Shown in pieces: positions 25,885 to 37,460 of a stretch of DNA of 64,000 nt; position 1 is the stretch's first letter; each line of letters opens with the position of its first letter. Under the pieces are notes generated by a model that was given only the letters and a program-made list of their open reading frames with translations, searched no databases and was not told the DNA's origin. This stretch comes from Mytilus californianus (lineage: Eukaryota). The stretch spans positions 85,622,001 to 85,686,000 of the forward strand of contig NW_026262668.1 of the NCBI RefSeq assembly GCF_021869535.1, given 5' to 3'. The translations under genes were made by a program, and so were the position numbers.

Positions 25885-26405
25885 CTAAAACAAAAACAGA
25901 TCTCTGCAGTTATTTTGTATATTTCAGTCAAGTAACAATCAATAGAACAGATTGTTTGTTATTGTGAACTAAACAGCATATATTCATCATAAGCGTTGCT
26001 TTATATGAGACATGATATAATATAAAAAAAAGGATGAAACGAAATGTATTAAAAATTCTTTGTACATAACTTTTGTCCATGTTATAATTTGTCGCTGGAC
26101 GTTTAGCAATCGATAAATTGAATAAATTAATATAAGTACCTCAATGATCTCGATATTTATGTTTTTATGTTACTTATTGACTAAGCATTATTTCTTCTGC
26201 ATTTTTAATAGTTTTCTCTATGATACAGGTTTTTCTTCTTCGATTTCAAACCCTATGTAGTCATTTTTTTCGTGTTGTTTTTCTTTGTTTATTTTTTAGT
26301 TCGTTTTGCCAACCATTATTTTTAAAAGTTTAAAGGCTCCCCATTGTAAACTGAGCTGTTAGCTTTTAATTTTGATAGATGCATCATTTAAAAAGGTAAA
26401 CTAAC

Positions 26406-26448
26406 CTTCCTTGTTGACATCCATGAAGTGCAATGTGAAGTTTGCATT
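26406..26448 (-). CDS. PHB depolymerase-like, exon 8 of 10
   Basis: Acceptor ttttcag at 26450-26449, donor AG|GTTAG at 26405. KCKLHIALHGCQQGR contains the HGC oxyanion motif. Confidence 0.92.
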
Positions 26449-27060
26449 CTGAAAAGAATTCGAAATCATTTTTCAAAGATAGATTTCGTAAGTGTTTCTA
26501 TTAGTAGTTGTGTTAAAACATCATCTTATTCAAAATAATCTGCCTATCAACATCTCAGTATTTTTTTGCATTTTGAGAAAGCAAACTTAGTTTAGAACTT
26601 TATAATCACGATTGTTTAAAAAGAATAAGATTATAGATCTGTATTTTAATTGTTTTTGTTTTGTTTTTTTCATTTTGTTGTTATTTAATTATTATTATTT
26701 TTTTGTGCTTCGTACCAACCAGATGAATCAATGTCATTCCATTTCCAAAATATTTAACTGTCTGTTCATATGTTATGCTGTTTCGCCACTGACTTAGGTT
26801 AGGGAGACTATTGAGCACGTGGAAACATGTTTAACCACGCCACTTTCCATTTGCTGTCTGTCATATTTGTTTTTCATTTATTGTTTTTGCATAGATAATG
26901 TTTCCTCTTTTGAATTTTTTTATTTTGTCATACCGATGCCTTTTACATGAATTATAGCTTACTTAAAGGTACGAGTTTTGCTCATTGTTGAAGTCTGTAC
27001 GGTGATCTCTGGTGGACGGTTGTCTCATTTGGCAATATACCAAATTATCTTTATATAAAT

Positions 27061-27678
27061 AATAAAATGCTCCGCTGGGCGCAGCTTGATACGACCGCAG
27101 TGGTCGAACCCTGAACAGTTGGGGCAAGTATGGACACAACATTCAATCTTGATACAGCTATGAATTTGGATTGTGATTAAATATTTGACACAGCATACGT
27201 TTCAGACACAGAATGAATGTGGTCTTAGAACTTAAAAAGTTTTAATTTACCTATTCAAACCATATCATTATTATTTGCTTTTATATATAAATCAGAAATA
27301 ACCAATTTAAAATGGAAAATTTTAAAGAAAAAAAAAAAGGAAAAAAAAATCCCCCCCCCCAAATTTTTGGAACCCCCTTATGATTCATCCCCCCAAACTC
27401 AATAACAGCCTTCCCTTTGTGGTATGGTACCTTGCAGTACAATTTCAGAGAGATCCATACACTTGAACACAAGTTATTGTCTGGAAACTAGAAAAATGCT
27501 TGTTTTTTTGCCCCTTTTTGGCCCCAAATTCCTAAACGTTTAGGGCAATTACCCCCAAACTCAAAACCTGCTTTCTCTTTGTGATATGGAACCTTGTAGT
27601 ACAATTTACAAAAGACGACGACGACGCCAACATCATACCAATATACGACCACAAAATTTTTTTGCGGTCGTATAAAAA
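27061..27678 (-). mobile_element. HINE family B, short internally deleted copy
   Basis: Same termini as 53596-56380 in reverse orientation (TTTTATACGACCGC...GTGGTCGTATATTGG; ...GCGGTCGTATCAAGCTGCGCCC..CGGAGCATTTT). It lacks the 35-bp and 397-bp arrays. Confidence 0.88.
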
Positions 27679-28749
27679 CTGGAGGAAACTAGTTTCATAT
27701 ATCTGCTATAAATAATTCATGTGGTTATGGGACATATTTATTTCACTAAAGGCGACAAATTAAAATTATAAAGTGTATAGTATTATGTTTTATTACTTTT
27801 TAATTTTTGCTCAAGCATAAACATCTATTTTGAGTACAACCATATAATCGCAAAAATCAATACTAATGTCTGCCAATCGGATGTCTTAAGATCATATTAT
27901 AGAGGATATTGTTTGGCAGATTTATAGTTCTATTTTATTATGAATTTTGAGACCCAAAAAAAGGCCCTATTATACATTTTCCTTTCATTGAAATATCAAC
28001 AAAACACTAACTATACTGACTTATGTTATCTTTATTAAACGTTTTGGGAAGGCGCAACTTATCTCACTGGCATCGCAAGTTGGAAGACGAGAGGATAGGT
28101 CATGCAGTATAATATTTTTCCTCGATTTATTTGTAGCAATCAACTAAGAAATTATAGTTTTATTGTTTATGTATTCTGATTTCACAAAACTATACTTTAC
28201 AACAATTCTAAAATCATAAATAAAATTGTTTTTTTTTATATAATAAACACAACATAAACAAAAATGTAGGTACAAAGGGGAACAAAAACTCGTAGGTCAA
28301 AAATGAACTGACAATACCATGGCACAAAAAACAATGAAGAGAGGAACCCAGCTCAAAAACGGGATTGATTTCACTTGCTTTAGAAGTGTTGGTATGTTAC
28401 CTCGTTATTTGTGTCAGCTTCATTCTGATATGACTCTTTACTAGGTTCAACATAATATCTGGGTTAATGGAAACTGCATTAGCGGAACAATGCATTAAGT
28501 AATATTATAATTATTATAGCAAATTTTTATATTACGATAATAAAATGATATTTTGTACATATGTAAACAAAGATTTCCATGTTTTGTTGGTAGATTGCAT
28601 TCAAAGTAAAGTTTTATGATGTGATCTCTTACCTCATCGTTGACTCATGCTTTTTACAATGAGCGTTAGAAATTGAATTTGAATTTGCATCGAAACTTAA
28701 AGACCAAAGTATTTCACGATTAACTCAATTGCGCTTGACAGTCTTAATC

Positions 28750-29062
28750 TTCATCTTAAAAATGTTTTCTTGGATTTACCTATATTACCTTCATCAGGAA
28801 CGCTCAAAACCGAATATTTGAAAGCCAATGATGTATAAGAACCGAAACAGATGAAAGGCTTTATAAACAAAAAGGACCTAAAAATAATAGTCAGATTAAT
28901 CTAAGGTCAACTTTGCCTGAGGTAGTTGAAACCTTAGTTTCTTAAATATTTTTGAATTTATAAACAGACAACTAAAGAACGGTTTGTTATAAATCATGTC
29001 AGTACCAAAGTACTGACTACTGAGCTGATGATATCCTTGGGGACTGAACACCTTATAATATC
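28750..29062 (-). mobile_element. Family E repeat (Penelope-like 3' end) with a hammerhead-like remnant
   Basis: Reverse complement of 57290-57600 (ATCATCAGCTCAGTAGTCAGT.CTTTGGTACTGACAT; GCGTTCCTGATGAAGGTAA). Confidence 0.7.
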
Positions 29063-29117
29063 AGTTACAGAGTGGATGAAACCACCCTTGACGACGAACA
29101 TTCTGCAGAGGGTGGTC

Positions 29118-30395
29118 CGGAAGCGTATTGGGGACATAGTAAAAATAAAATTGGCAGTGAACTTTTTTTTCTAAGTCGAAAATTTGACATTGAACTCCAA
29201 TTTTTAACATTTCAAGTCTCGAAATTTTGACTTTTTTAAAACTCGAAATTTCCACTTTTCTTAAACTCAAAATTTCCACTTTTTTCAAAATCGAAATTTC
29301 GACTTTTCTTAAACTCGAAATTTCGACTTTTCTTAAACTCGAAATTTCGACTTTTCTCAAACTCAAAATTTTCGACTTTTCTCAAACTCAAAATTTCGAC
29401 TTTTCTTAAATCATATTAATTTCGACAAACTCGAAATTTCAACTTCTTTTAAACTCAAACTTTTAAAATCTCGAAATTTCCTCAGTATTTATACGTTTGT
29501 GATTACATGTATCACATTCACAGTCATTTATACTACATCATAAACTTGATTAGCTTTTTTAATAAACTAAACCATTTAAAAGAGGTTATTTTAGATAGGA
29601 AATATTTTTTGCGGAAGAATAAAAGGAATATGTTTCACGTACACATATCTTCTCTCAAGTCTGGACTTCAGATATGTGTATCAAGACAACCCCGTTATTC
29701 CGACACACCTATATTACGCCATACATTAATTCAACAGTCTAATATATAAAGACATGGGTTAATAGTTGTGGCATAAGAATGCCAACTTGTAGAGTTTAAT
29801 CAATGTTCCAGAAAAAGAACCAACATTTCAAAATTCTAAAACTAGAAAACTGAGCAGCTCATGAGTCGTCATGAATATGCATGGTATATATCTGCCACTT
29901 GATTTACCATTGTTTAAACAAGGAAAAATCAGTGACTTGCTTTTGGGAAACCAAACAGGCCTTTAAAACCAACCATAAAACACGGGATGCTAAATGTCCA
30001 CAGATCTGACGATCCTATGACAGTGTCGTGAAAGCTAAAACATGGAATATGGAAAAACAACATTTTTTTCTGTCAACATGCATGTTCTTTCCGAATGAAA
30101 CTCTTCAATATTAAATGCTTATCCATATCATAATTGAAGAACAAAACCAATTTCTGAAAATACATTGCCAAAAGATTTTGAGTTTAAAGTCGAAATTTCT
30201 ACTTTTTATAAAGTCGAAATTTTGACTTTTTAAAAAGTCGAAATTCCAAGATTTTAGAAATTCAAAATTTCGAGATTTGAAAAGTTAAAATTTGCAGTTA
30301 AAGTCGTAATTTTAAGATTTGAAATGTCAATTTTCGACTTTGAAAAAAAAGTTCACTGTCAATTTTATTTTTACGATGTCCCTAATACGCTTCCG
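29118..30395. mobile_element. Foldback/MITE-type DNA transposon with long TIRs and 24-bp subterminal tandem repeats
   Basis: Left end CGGAAGCGTATTGGGGACATAGTAAAAATAAAATTGGCAGTGAACTTTTTTT; the right end is its near-exact reverse complement, ending ...AATACGCTTCCG|TA. 24-bp units AAACTCGAAATTTCGACTTTTCTT at 29210-29480 and inverted at 30180-30350. Confidence 0.88.
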
Positions 30396-30524
30396 TAGGG
30401 AGGTATCGAACGTCAGTGTGGGTTTCATACAGTGAACTTTATTGCCGAAAAACTTTCAGAAAATTTCAAGATATATAACAATAGAAATTATTTTTATGAA
30501 GAAAAAAAACTTGCCCATACTCAC

Positions 30525-30636
30525 TTGTTTGTTTGTCTGCACAATCAGAAGGAACATAAATATATCCATTATTGTCAAAACTGTATGTTATCGGTACAGA
30601 TAGGTGGAAAAATGTTGACTGGTCAAAGGTCTTCAA
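30525..30636 (-). CDS. PHB depolymerase-like, exon 7 of 10
   Basis: Acceptor catatag at 30638-30637, donor A|GTGAGT at 30524. LKTFDQSTFFHLSVPITYSFDNNGYIYVPSDCADKQT carries the family motifs FDQ and GY.YVP..C. Confidence 0.93.
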
Positions 30637-30866
30637 CTATATGTAGTAATATATTGTATGCAAATATTAAATCATGTGTGCTGCCTTCTCTGAAATAGAT
30701 CTTAGTAAACATGCATAATATAAATCAAATAAGGTCACAAAATCTTTAAACTGCAAAATACTAAATTGTATAGGCATTGGCAAATTTTCTGTACGTTTTT
30801 GAATATATTGTTTAATAAACTTTAAAATATATCAAAACAGCATACAAAACAACACTAAAAACATAC

Positions 30867-30899
30867 CTGTCCAGTTAACGGTTTCCCTGCTTCTGGTAT
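30867..30899 (-). CDS. PHB depolymerase-like, exon 6 of 10 (33-nt microexon)
   Basis: Acceptor ttttcag at 30901-30900, donor CAG|GTATGT at 30866, phase 0/0. IPEAGKPLTGQ. Confidence 0.8.
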
Positions 30900-30959
30900 C
30901 TGAAAATTTAAATTGTTTCATAATTCTATATAATAGAGGATTTTATATTAGTTTCCACT

Positions 30960-31300
30960 TGGTCGATTTCTCTGCTGGTGGACTATAAGTCCCCGAGGGT
31001 ATCACCAGTCCAATGCTAGCATGAAAACACGGATACGGATATTTCTAGATTGAAGTTGTTTTTATAAACATTTCGGAAATAATTTTGAACTAAGTAATAT
31101 GTTTCCCTCATGCAATGGTCTGATTCATTGTCAGGATTTAGCTATACTTTAGGCCCTTATTGGTTTGATCAGCTCTTCAACGTTTTTTGATTGATTTTGG
31201 ATTTTCAAACATTTCGGCATCGAGCATCACTGCACTGAAGAGACATTAATTGTTGGAATGCGCGAATACTAGTGCAGTAAAATTGGCACCGTTAGTGTTA
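30960..31300 (+). mobile_element. Family E-related Penelope-like 3' end with a degenerate hammerhead motif
   Basis: GGTGGACTATAAGTCCCCGAGGGTATCACCAG is shared with 57293 and 29020-29050. GCATCA-CTGAAGA-GACA..TGTT-GGAA-TGCGCG..TAGTGC at 31223-31275. Confidence 0.55.
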
Positions 31301-32426
31301 TTCTTCATGCGACTATTGTCCGATTATATAGATATAAATACATTTACGCATTTAAACATCATGAAATATCGACTACGATAACGCGGAATGGCCGCATCCG
31401 ACTACCATAGGATTTGGGTTATTAAAAGGAACATCTACATCAAAACAAAATCGAACCAAAAAAATACCACGAGATTTTAATATCTGGGTTTCAACAATGA
31501 GCCAGGACCCTGGAAAAATTGACTTTCAGACTGTATAAATCGTTTAACTTTACTTTTCACAATCAATCAATAAGTATGAATTTGAATAAACTTTCAGAGT
31601 TATCTTTCGTTTTCCGTAAAACATCAAACCTTTACTAATAAACTAGATTATAAGTTGTGATACATTTTAATATCTTGTTTGTATATTGTTATATCCTATC
31701 TGATTACTATATATAACTTACATGTATTCTGTCTGTCTTTAATTTTGCTTAGCTATATTTTATGACTGGCTTTTTTCTTTTTTCCCTCGCTTGTTTCGCC
31801 ATGGTCTTGTCTGTTTTTTTTGTTATTGTAGCCGAGGTATATCCTTTTTTTCTTTGTTCTTTAAGTCATGGTGTTGTATATTTTCCTTTATTTTTAGCTG
31901 CTGATCCCAATTAATGTCATATCAACCTGTTTTGGTTGCTCATCCAATCTTGTCAATATAACAGAACTATAAACAACTGTCATAGAAGTGGGAGGTTTAG
32001 CTAGCTATAAAACCAGGTTTTACCCACCATTTTCTTTGGAAAATGCCTGTATCAAGTCAGGAATATGATAGTTGTTTTCCATTCATTACGTTGGTTTGTT
32101 AAGTCTAACGTTTGATTTTTTTCAGTTTTAAAGGACTTCTCCTTTTAGAATCTACCTTGAAGTTCGGTATTTTTGTTATACTTTTTTTGAAGGTGCATAG
32201 AAAAATGTGACAAAGATTTCATTAATGTGCACATCATTTAAACGATATAAGATTTGGAAAGCAGAACGTAGAACATCAAAGTCACTGAAGACGTGTCATA
32301 TGGTACATTGTAAGACATATCAAGTTAAAGCTCGGTGCCACATATCAACTAGCTATATTATTGCTAAGACAAAAGTGTGATGCGGGTAGACGGACTCATG
32401 GATCCACGGAAAAAGAGATGTTTTAC

Positions 32427-32540
32427 CTTTAGGTCGCCATATATCCAGTTAAGAAGTTCAAAAGCAGCGTTATATCCACAGTTGTTCAGATAATTGCTTT
32501 TTGATAGAACGTTACATGTCCCTCCATAATTGTCAGTCGG
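32427..32540 (-). CDS. PHB depolymerase-like, exon 5 of 10
   Basis: Acceptor tttttcag at 32542-32541, donor AAG|GTAAAA at 32426. PTDNYGGTCNVLSKSNYLNNCGYNAAFELLNWIYGDLK. Confidence 0.95.
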
Positions 32541-33036
32541 CTGAAAAAGTATATTGATATGTTTGATAAACCATATTTTCATGTAACATAACCATATATA
32601 GATTATTCTAATGAATAATTGAATTTTCTGTAGTCATTTTACATGGCATATCAGACGATTTTATTGCTTGTAGCATTTCTGTATACTTTCGGCAGTCATA
32701 TCACCTCTTTATAATTGATCCAGAAATATCAAAGTAGTATGATAACAACACTTTTGTAACGTTTAATATCTATATAATCAAGGCTGATCATGAATATTTG
32801 TCAACACGTTTAACGTGTACAGTTGTATATTCGAGTTTATATACTTCACGATCTTGCGTGGTCAATCGATATCGTTCGAGGGAAAACACTCACAATTGAC
32901 AATGCAATAACGCGTATAACGTCATTTCAAAGAGAATTTGAATACGCTGCCTGGAATAATGCTTTGGAACTTTTGGTTGCGTTTACATGGAATATCATGT
33001 GCGTGTGTATTTTTAAGTCAGTTAACAATATATTAC

Positions 33037-33128
33037 CTGACAATGTTCTGCATTTATATTGAATACTGTTTTCACATTAGAATGTAACGTGTAATGGTTG
33101 TAATAACGTTGTATGTTTGGTCCATTTC
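33037..33128 (-). CDS. PHB depolymerase-like, exon 4 of 10 (catalytic His)
   Basis: Acceptor ttgcag at 33130-33129, donor CAG|GTAATA at 33036. GNGPNIQRYYNHYTLHSNVKTVFNINAEHCQ (AEH, His161). Confidence 0.92.
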
Positions 33129-33363
33129 CTGCAATTTAAATATATTTGCCATTTATAACTGTCAACATTTAGTGTTTGATGAGTCGTATACAAATTTCAT
33201 AGAGTGCTAGTCGTAGAATGAAAGATTCTATATGATACTTTTTTCCTTTAAAATATTGCAAAATTTCTGAAAAAAACAAATATTTGAAACTGTTTCTTAA
33301 TTGATTACTTTTACTTATTCAACTTTCTTGTAGAAGATCGAAGTTCATAAATAAATGGCTTAC

Positions 33364-33558
33364 CGGGTTTAACAACGGAGTCGGACTGGCCAGCAAAAAT
33401 GTATACTTTATCGTGTCGCATGTGGTATGTAGAGTCAACATTTCCGAGAAAGGCACCAGAAGATGTCAAAAGTTCAAATGAACTGACAGATTCCAAGTTA
33501 GGTGTTTGCATGCAAGCTGCTGCACCTACCAAATTACCACCAGAGCAAGCAAACGGAA
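33364..33558 (-). CDS. PHB depolymerase-like, exon 3 of 10 (catalytic Asp)
   Basis: Acceptor tttttcag at 33560-33559, donor G|GTAAGC at 33363. VPFACSGGNLVGAAACMQTP...KVYIFAGQSDSVVKP (Asp127). Confidence 0.95.
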
Positions 33559-33809
33559 CTGAAAAAGGAAGTGAAAATGTTCAAAGGCAGCATTTAGTAA
33601 ATTTGGTGTTGATGGTGTGTCTTTGGTAGTCTCTGTTAAATTAATCCACGACTTTTTTTATAACCGGCCAATTTACGCCTGACATATACCAGAAACATAA
33701 TCATTTGTCTATTTCATGCTGACCATGTTTTGTCAATTTTGTCAATATTTTTTTGCATATTCTTTCTTAATTCTCGAGCTGGTGTTTGTATATAAAAGGT
33801 GTGTTCAAA

Positions 33810-35225
33810 CAGGTGTAACACCCTCAAAAACAGGCACATACAGAAGTTGGTGGGGTTAAACTAGTTTGCTGGCGCAAAACCCTCCCCTAACTTGGGACAG
33901 TGGTGTAACAGTACGATATAAGAACAAACTATAAAAATCAGTTGAAAAGGGCTTAACTTATCAGATCGATACAAATCTAACAAAAACACAGACCGGACGT
34001 GGCAGGGTACTTATACATCCCCACAACAAAAAGACACTAAGTACATATCTGAAAGTACTCTCAGTTATTGACAGCTAGTTCAAAGCCAATAACAACTACG
34101 GAATAGCACATCCTAAATTTTACGGTGATGTTGTTTACCGAGCCCTGAAATTTATATACGATCCGGGTAAACTTATCAATCCTTTAAATAAACTTATTCT
34201 AAAAGGTTACCATTTCAACACAGTAATTAGATCTTTGAATATTGTTTTTATTGGTATAAATATTCATTTTGTTATCAGTGAATTAAAATCATACTAATAG
34301 TTTTGTTATACACATATGCACTTTAACGGTACTACAATCTGTCGATCGTTTGACATTTTGGCATTGCACAAGGTCATGTTTTTCTCTGACTGTTAATGAC
34401 GTCTTTATACTTAATTCATTAGATGTTGGTTGTGTACTGATTGATATTTTAGTCTTAGATACATGATTTTTTCTATTAGTTGTTATTGGCTTTGAACTAG
34501 CTGTCAGTAACTGCGAGTACACTCAGATCTGTACTTAGTGTACTTTTTGTTGTTAGGGAAGAGGAATACCCTGCCACGTCTGGTCTGTGTTTATGTTTGA
34601 TGTTTTTTCTGTTTTTTATCAATCTGATTAGTTAAGCCTTTTTCAACTGATTTTTATAGTTTGTTCTTATGTTGTGCTGTTACACCATTGTCCCAGGTTA
34701 GGGGGAGGGTTGAGCGCTCACAAACATGTTTAACCCCGCCACATTCTTTATGTATCCGTCCCAAGTCAGGAGCCTGTAGTTCAGTGGTTGTCGTTTGTTC
34801 ATGTCTGTCATATTTATTTTTCGTTAATTGTTTTGTTTTAAATTAAGCCGTTAGTTTTCTCAATTGAATTGTTTCATATTTTTCATGTCGGGCCTTTTAT
34901 AGCCGACTATACGGTATGGGTTTTTTTCTCATTGTTGAAGGCCGTACGGTTGCCTTTAATTGCTTACATCCACTTTATTTGAACTTTGGTGGATAGTTGT
35001 CTCATTGGCAATCATACCTCATCTCCTTATTTTTATAATAAAAAAAATCATGCATCTAAGACTTAAAATATCAATCAGTACACATCCAACTTCCAACGGA
35101 TATAGTGTAAAGACGTCATTAATAGTCAGAGAAAAACATGACCTTGTGTAATGCCAAGATACAGGTATCAACAGATTGTAGAGCCATGAATGTGCATACG
35201 TACATAACAATAATGTATGCATACA
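33810..35225 (+). mobile_element. Penelope-like element 3' end with inverted flanking copies of its own UTR (family D)
   Basis: 34100-34297 is an open frame GIAHPKFYGDVVYRALKF...KGYHFNTVIRSLNIVF...SY* (PLE RT C-terminus), followed by the UTR at 34298-35035. ~33855-34099 is the reverse complement of ~34477-34740, and 35036-35220 is the reverse complement of ~34300-34470. Confidence 0.75.
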
Positions 35226-35258
35226 AGTATCTTAATTACATTGTTTTAAAAAGTTTAC

Positions 35259-35381
35259 CTCCGGCGATAATCCCAACACCCATAAAATCAGCAGAATGAA
35301 TCACGTGCATTTGTGTTGCCATAGCAGCACCTGACGATATTCCAGATATTGATACCTTTTTCTGGTCAACATTATATGACT
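35259..35381 (-). CDS. PHB depolymerase-like, exon 2 of 10 (catalytic Ser, GISSG)
   Basis: Acceptor atttcag at 35383-35382, donor G|GTAAAC at 35258. SYNVDQKKVSISGISSGAAMATQMHVIHSADFMGVGIIAG. Confidence 0.95.
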
Positions 35382-35815
35382 CTGAAATATGATAGAAAAT
35401 AGAAAAAAATCATATATTTACTATGAAAATGCATTGCTGACTTCTTTGGAAACCCCCATTTCATATGTAGTCGAGAAATCTATTTCATGTTTCTTTTCTA
35501 TTGCCTCTCATTTTTTGAATTCAAATAAATGTGGCATGCTGCACATTTCTGGTAATAAATGGTAACATTGAGTGATTATGCATCATTTAATTTAAGAAAT
35601 AGAAACACAAGCAAATATTTTCCTCATTAATTGACTGTCGTCTACTGCATTCGTAGTACGCCCATCATATGCTTACGATCTGCATCTTAACCTAAATAGT
35701 AAACACAGAACTCAAAATATGTACCTGTATGTAGCCTAACTTATAATTATAACGGAACACACGTTATCTCTTCGGATAATATAAAGAGATAATAATTAAT
35801 GTATTATTACTTTAC

Positions 35816-35894
35816 CCAATCTATCAGCTTTTCCTTCGATAGTTGACAAGGCATGGAGAATCAAAATTATAATGAATAATTTTAGTTGCACCAT
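35816..35894 (-). CDS. PHB depolymerase-like, exon 1 of 10 (signal peptide); the ten exons join to 1032 nt = 343 aa plus stop
   Basis: ATG at 35894. MVQLKLFIIILILHALSTIEGKADRL is a hydrophobic signal peptide. The phase-1 donor G|GTAAAG at 35815 matches the exon 2 phase. Confidence 0.85.
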
Positions 35895-36224
35895 TTTGAA
35901 AAGTTGGCAACCATAATTTGTCAAAACTGATAAAACACGCATCTGTATGTTGACTTTCATATAACAGCTTAGATATTTCTATATTTATCGACAATGTATA
36001 TTTGGATCCACAATCATCTAGATAGTCACGGAATGATGGAAATAAAGCGATGCATGCTTAAGAAGTTTTTAACTCGAATAAAATAGATGTAGAATTTAAG
36101 AAAACATGCGTTTAATGCCGTTTTAATACATGGTAGTGCGCTTGTTCTACCCGAGATTCATGTGTACACAAGACCCGAATTATATATATTAAAAATGCCA
36201 TAGTGTTAGATAAAGATGTAGTTC

Positions 36225-37460
36225 GAATAGACCTTTCAAAGGTTTTCATGATTGCCTACCGCATGAAATTTTGCTCGATAAATTATCAGCATATGGTGTC
36301 TCTTCTCATTTCACTTCTTCAATCTTATTTGTCAAACAGGAAACAGCAAATTAAAATAAATAGTATTCTTAGCACTTGGGCCGACATTCATAAAGGGATT
36401 CCCCAGTGTTCTATCCTGGGCCCTCTACTGTTTAACATTTTTATCAATGATCTTTCATGTGAATCAACTGTTAATCTGTTAATGCTTGGCATTGACATTG
36501 AGTACCAGTTAAATTTTGATACTCATATTAGTAAAATATGCAGAAAGGCATCTCAGCAGCTAAACTATTTTGAAATGTCTGGAAACTGATTTGAAAAAGC
36601 TAAGTAAGCTAACTATATTCCATAATTTATTTCGAGCAATTTCAATGTCTGCCCTTTGGCATGGTATTTCTGTCCTGAGAAAAAAAATTCAAAATTAGAA
36701 AAACTGTGAGAAAGAGCAGTAAGGTTTGCGTATGAAGACCATTCAAGCTCATACCAACAGTTGTATGAAAAGACTTAGATGCCTTAACTGCATATTAAAA
36801 AACAAAGATCAATGGCAATTGACACTTTTGACATAGTTAAGAAATAAGCACCTGTCTGTTTAAATGATCTATTACATGTAAAAGATTGTAAATATTCTTT
36901 CAGATATAGTAATATACTGGATATTCCCAATGTAAAATCCACACAGTTTGGTAAGAAAAGTTTCAGATTTGCAGTTGCTACTCTGTGGAAAAGCCTAACC
37001 TATATACCATTTCAGGATTGAAAATATGTTTTTTTTTCACAATTCAATAGCCTTATACAGTCCTGGAATGGATCGGAATGTCGTCGTTCTGCATGCGGAT
37101 AAGCTTTTCATATAATAATTGTTTGGTTATAGACCTTTACACTTAAACTGATATGCTAAATACTTGCATTATGCCTTCAAATTTTCGATGTTTGCCTTAA
37201 CTTTAGTTGTGCTTTAAATTAGTGTTGATTAATTTTCAGTTGTGCTTAGATTTTATTTGTGCTCTAAATTTAGTTATGCTTCAGTTTTAGCATGTTTAGA
37301 TGTTAGTAGTGCTTTGTGTGTATTTCAATATGTCTGTAATATATGCTGCTTATTTATCTTATCTGCATGCTTGCTCTCTGCTTTAATGTTATGCAGATGT
37401 TATTTATATTCGAAATAATATTATATGTGAACCGAATCAAAATAAAACTTTCGTATTCGT
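36225..37460 (+). mobile_element. 5'-truncated, degraded CR1/L2-type LINE (RT C-terminal half plus 3' UTR)
   Basis: SYLSNRKQQIKI...KGIPQCSILGPLLFNIFINDL...LLGIDI..QLNFDTHISKICRKASQQL...KLEKL.ERAVRF...FGKKSFRFAVATLWKSL...WNGSECRRSAC. Multiple stops, frameshifts and deletions. Confidence 0.85.

Noticed and set aside
29061-29409. ORFs with 8-aa repeats (SLRKVEIS / TFLKLEIS) as a repeat protein
   Set aside because: They are translations of the 24-bp subterminal repeats of the foldback element, open on both strands.
28750-31300. Inverted family E copies flanking exons 6-7 as a circRNA or exon-skipping switch
   Set aside because: The two copies are from diverged subfamilies with little pairing potential, and skipping 145 nt would shift the frame; no evidence from the sequence alone.
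23881-35894. Depolymerase as bacterial or fungal contamination, or a very recent horizontal transfer
   Set aside because: It has nine canonical introns filled with host-type repeats and the same AT-rich composition as its neighbours. An ancient transfer cannot be excluded without a phylogeny.
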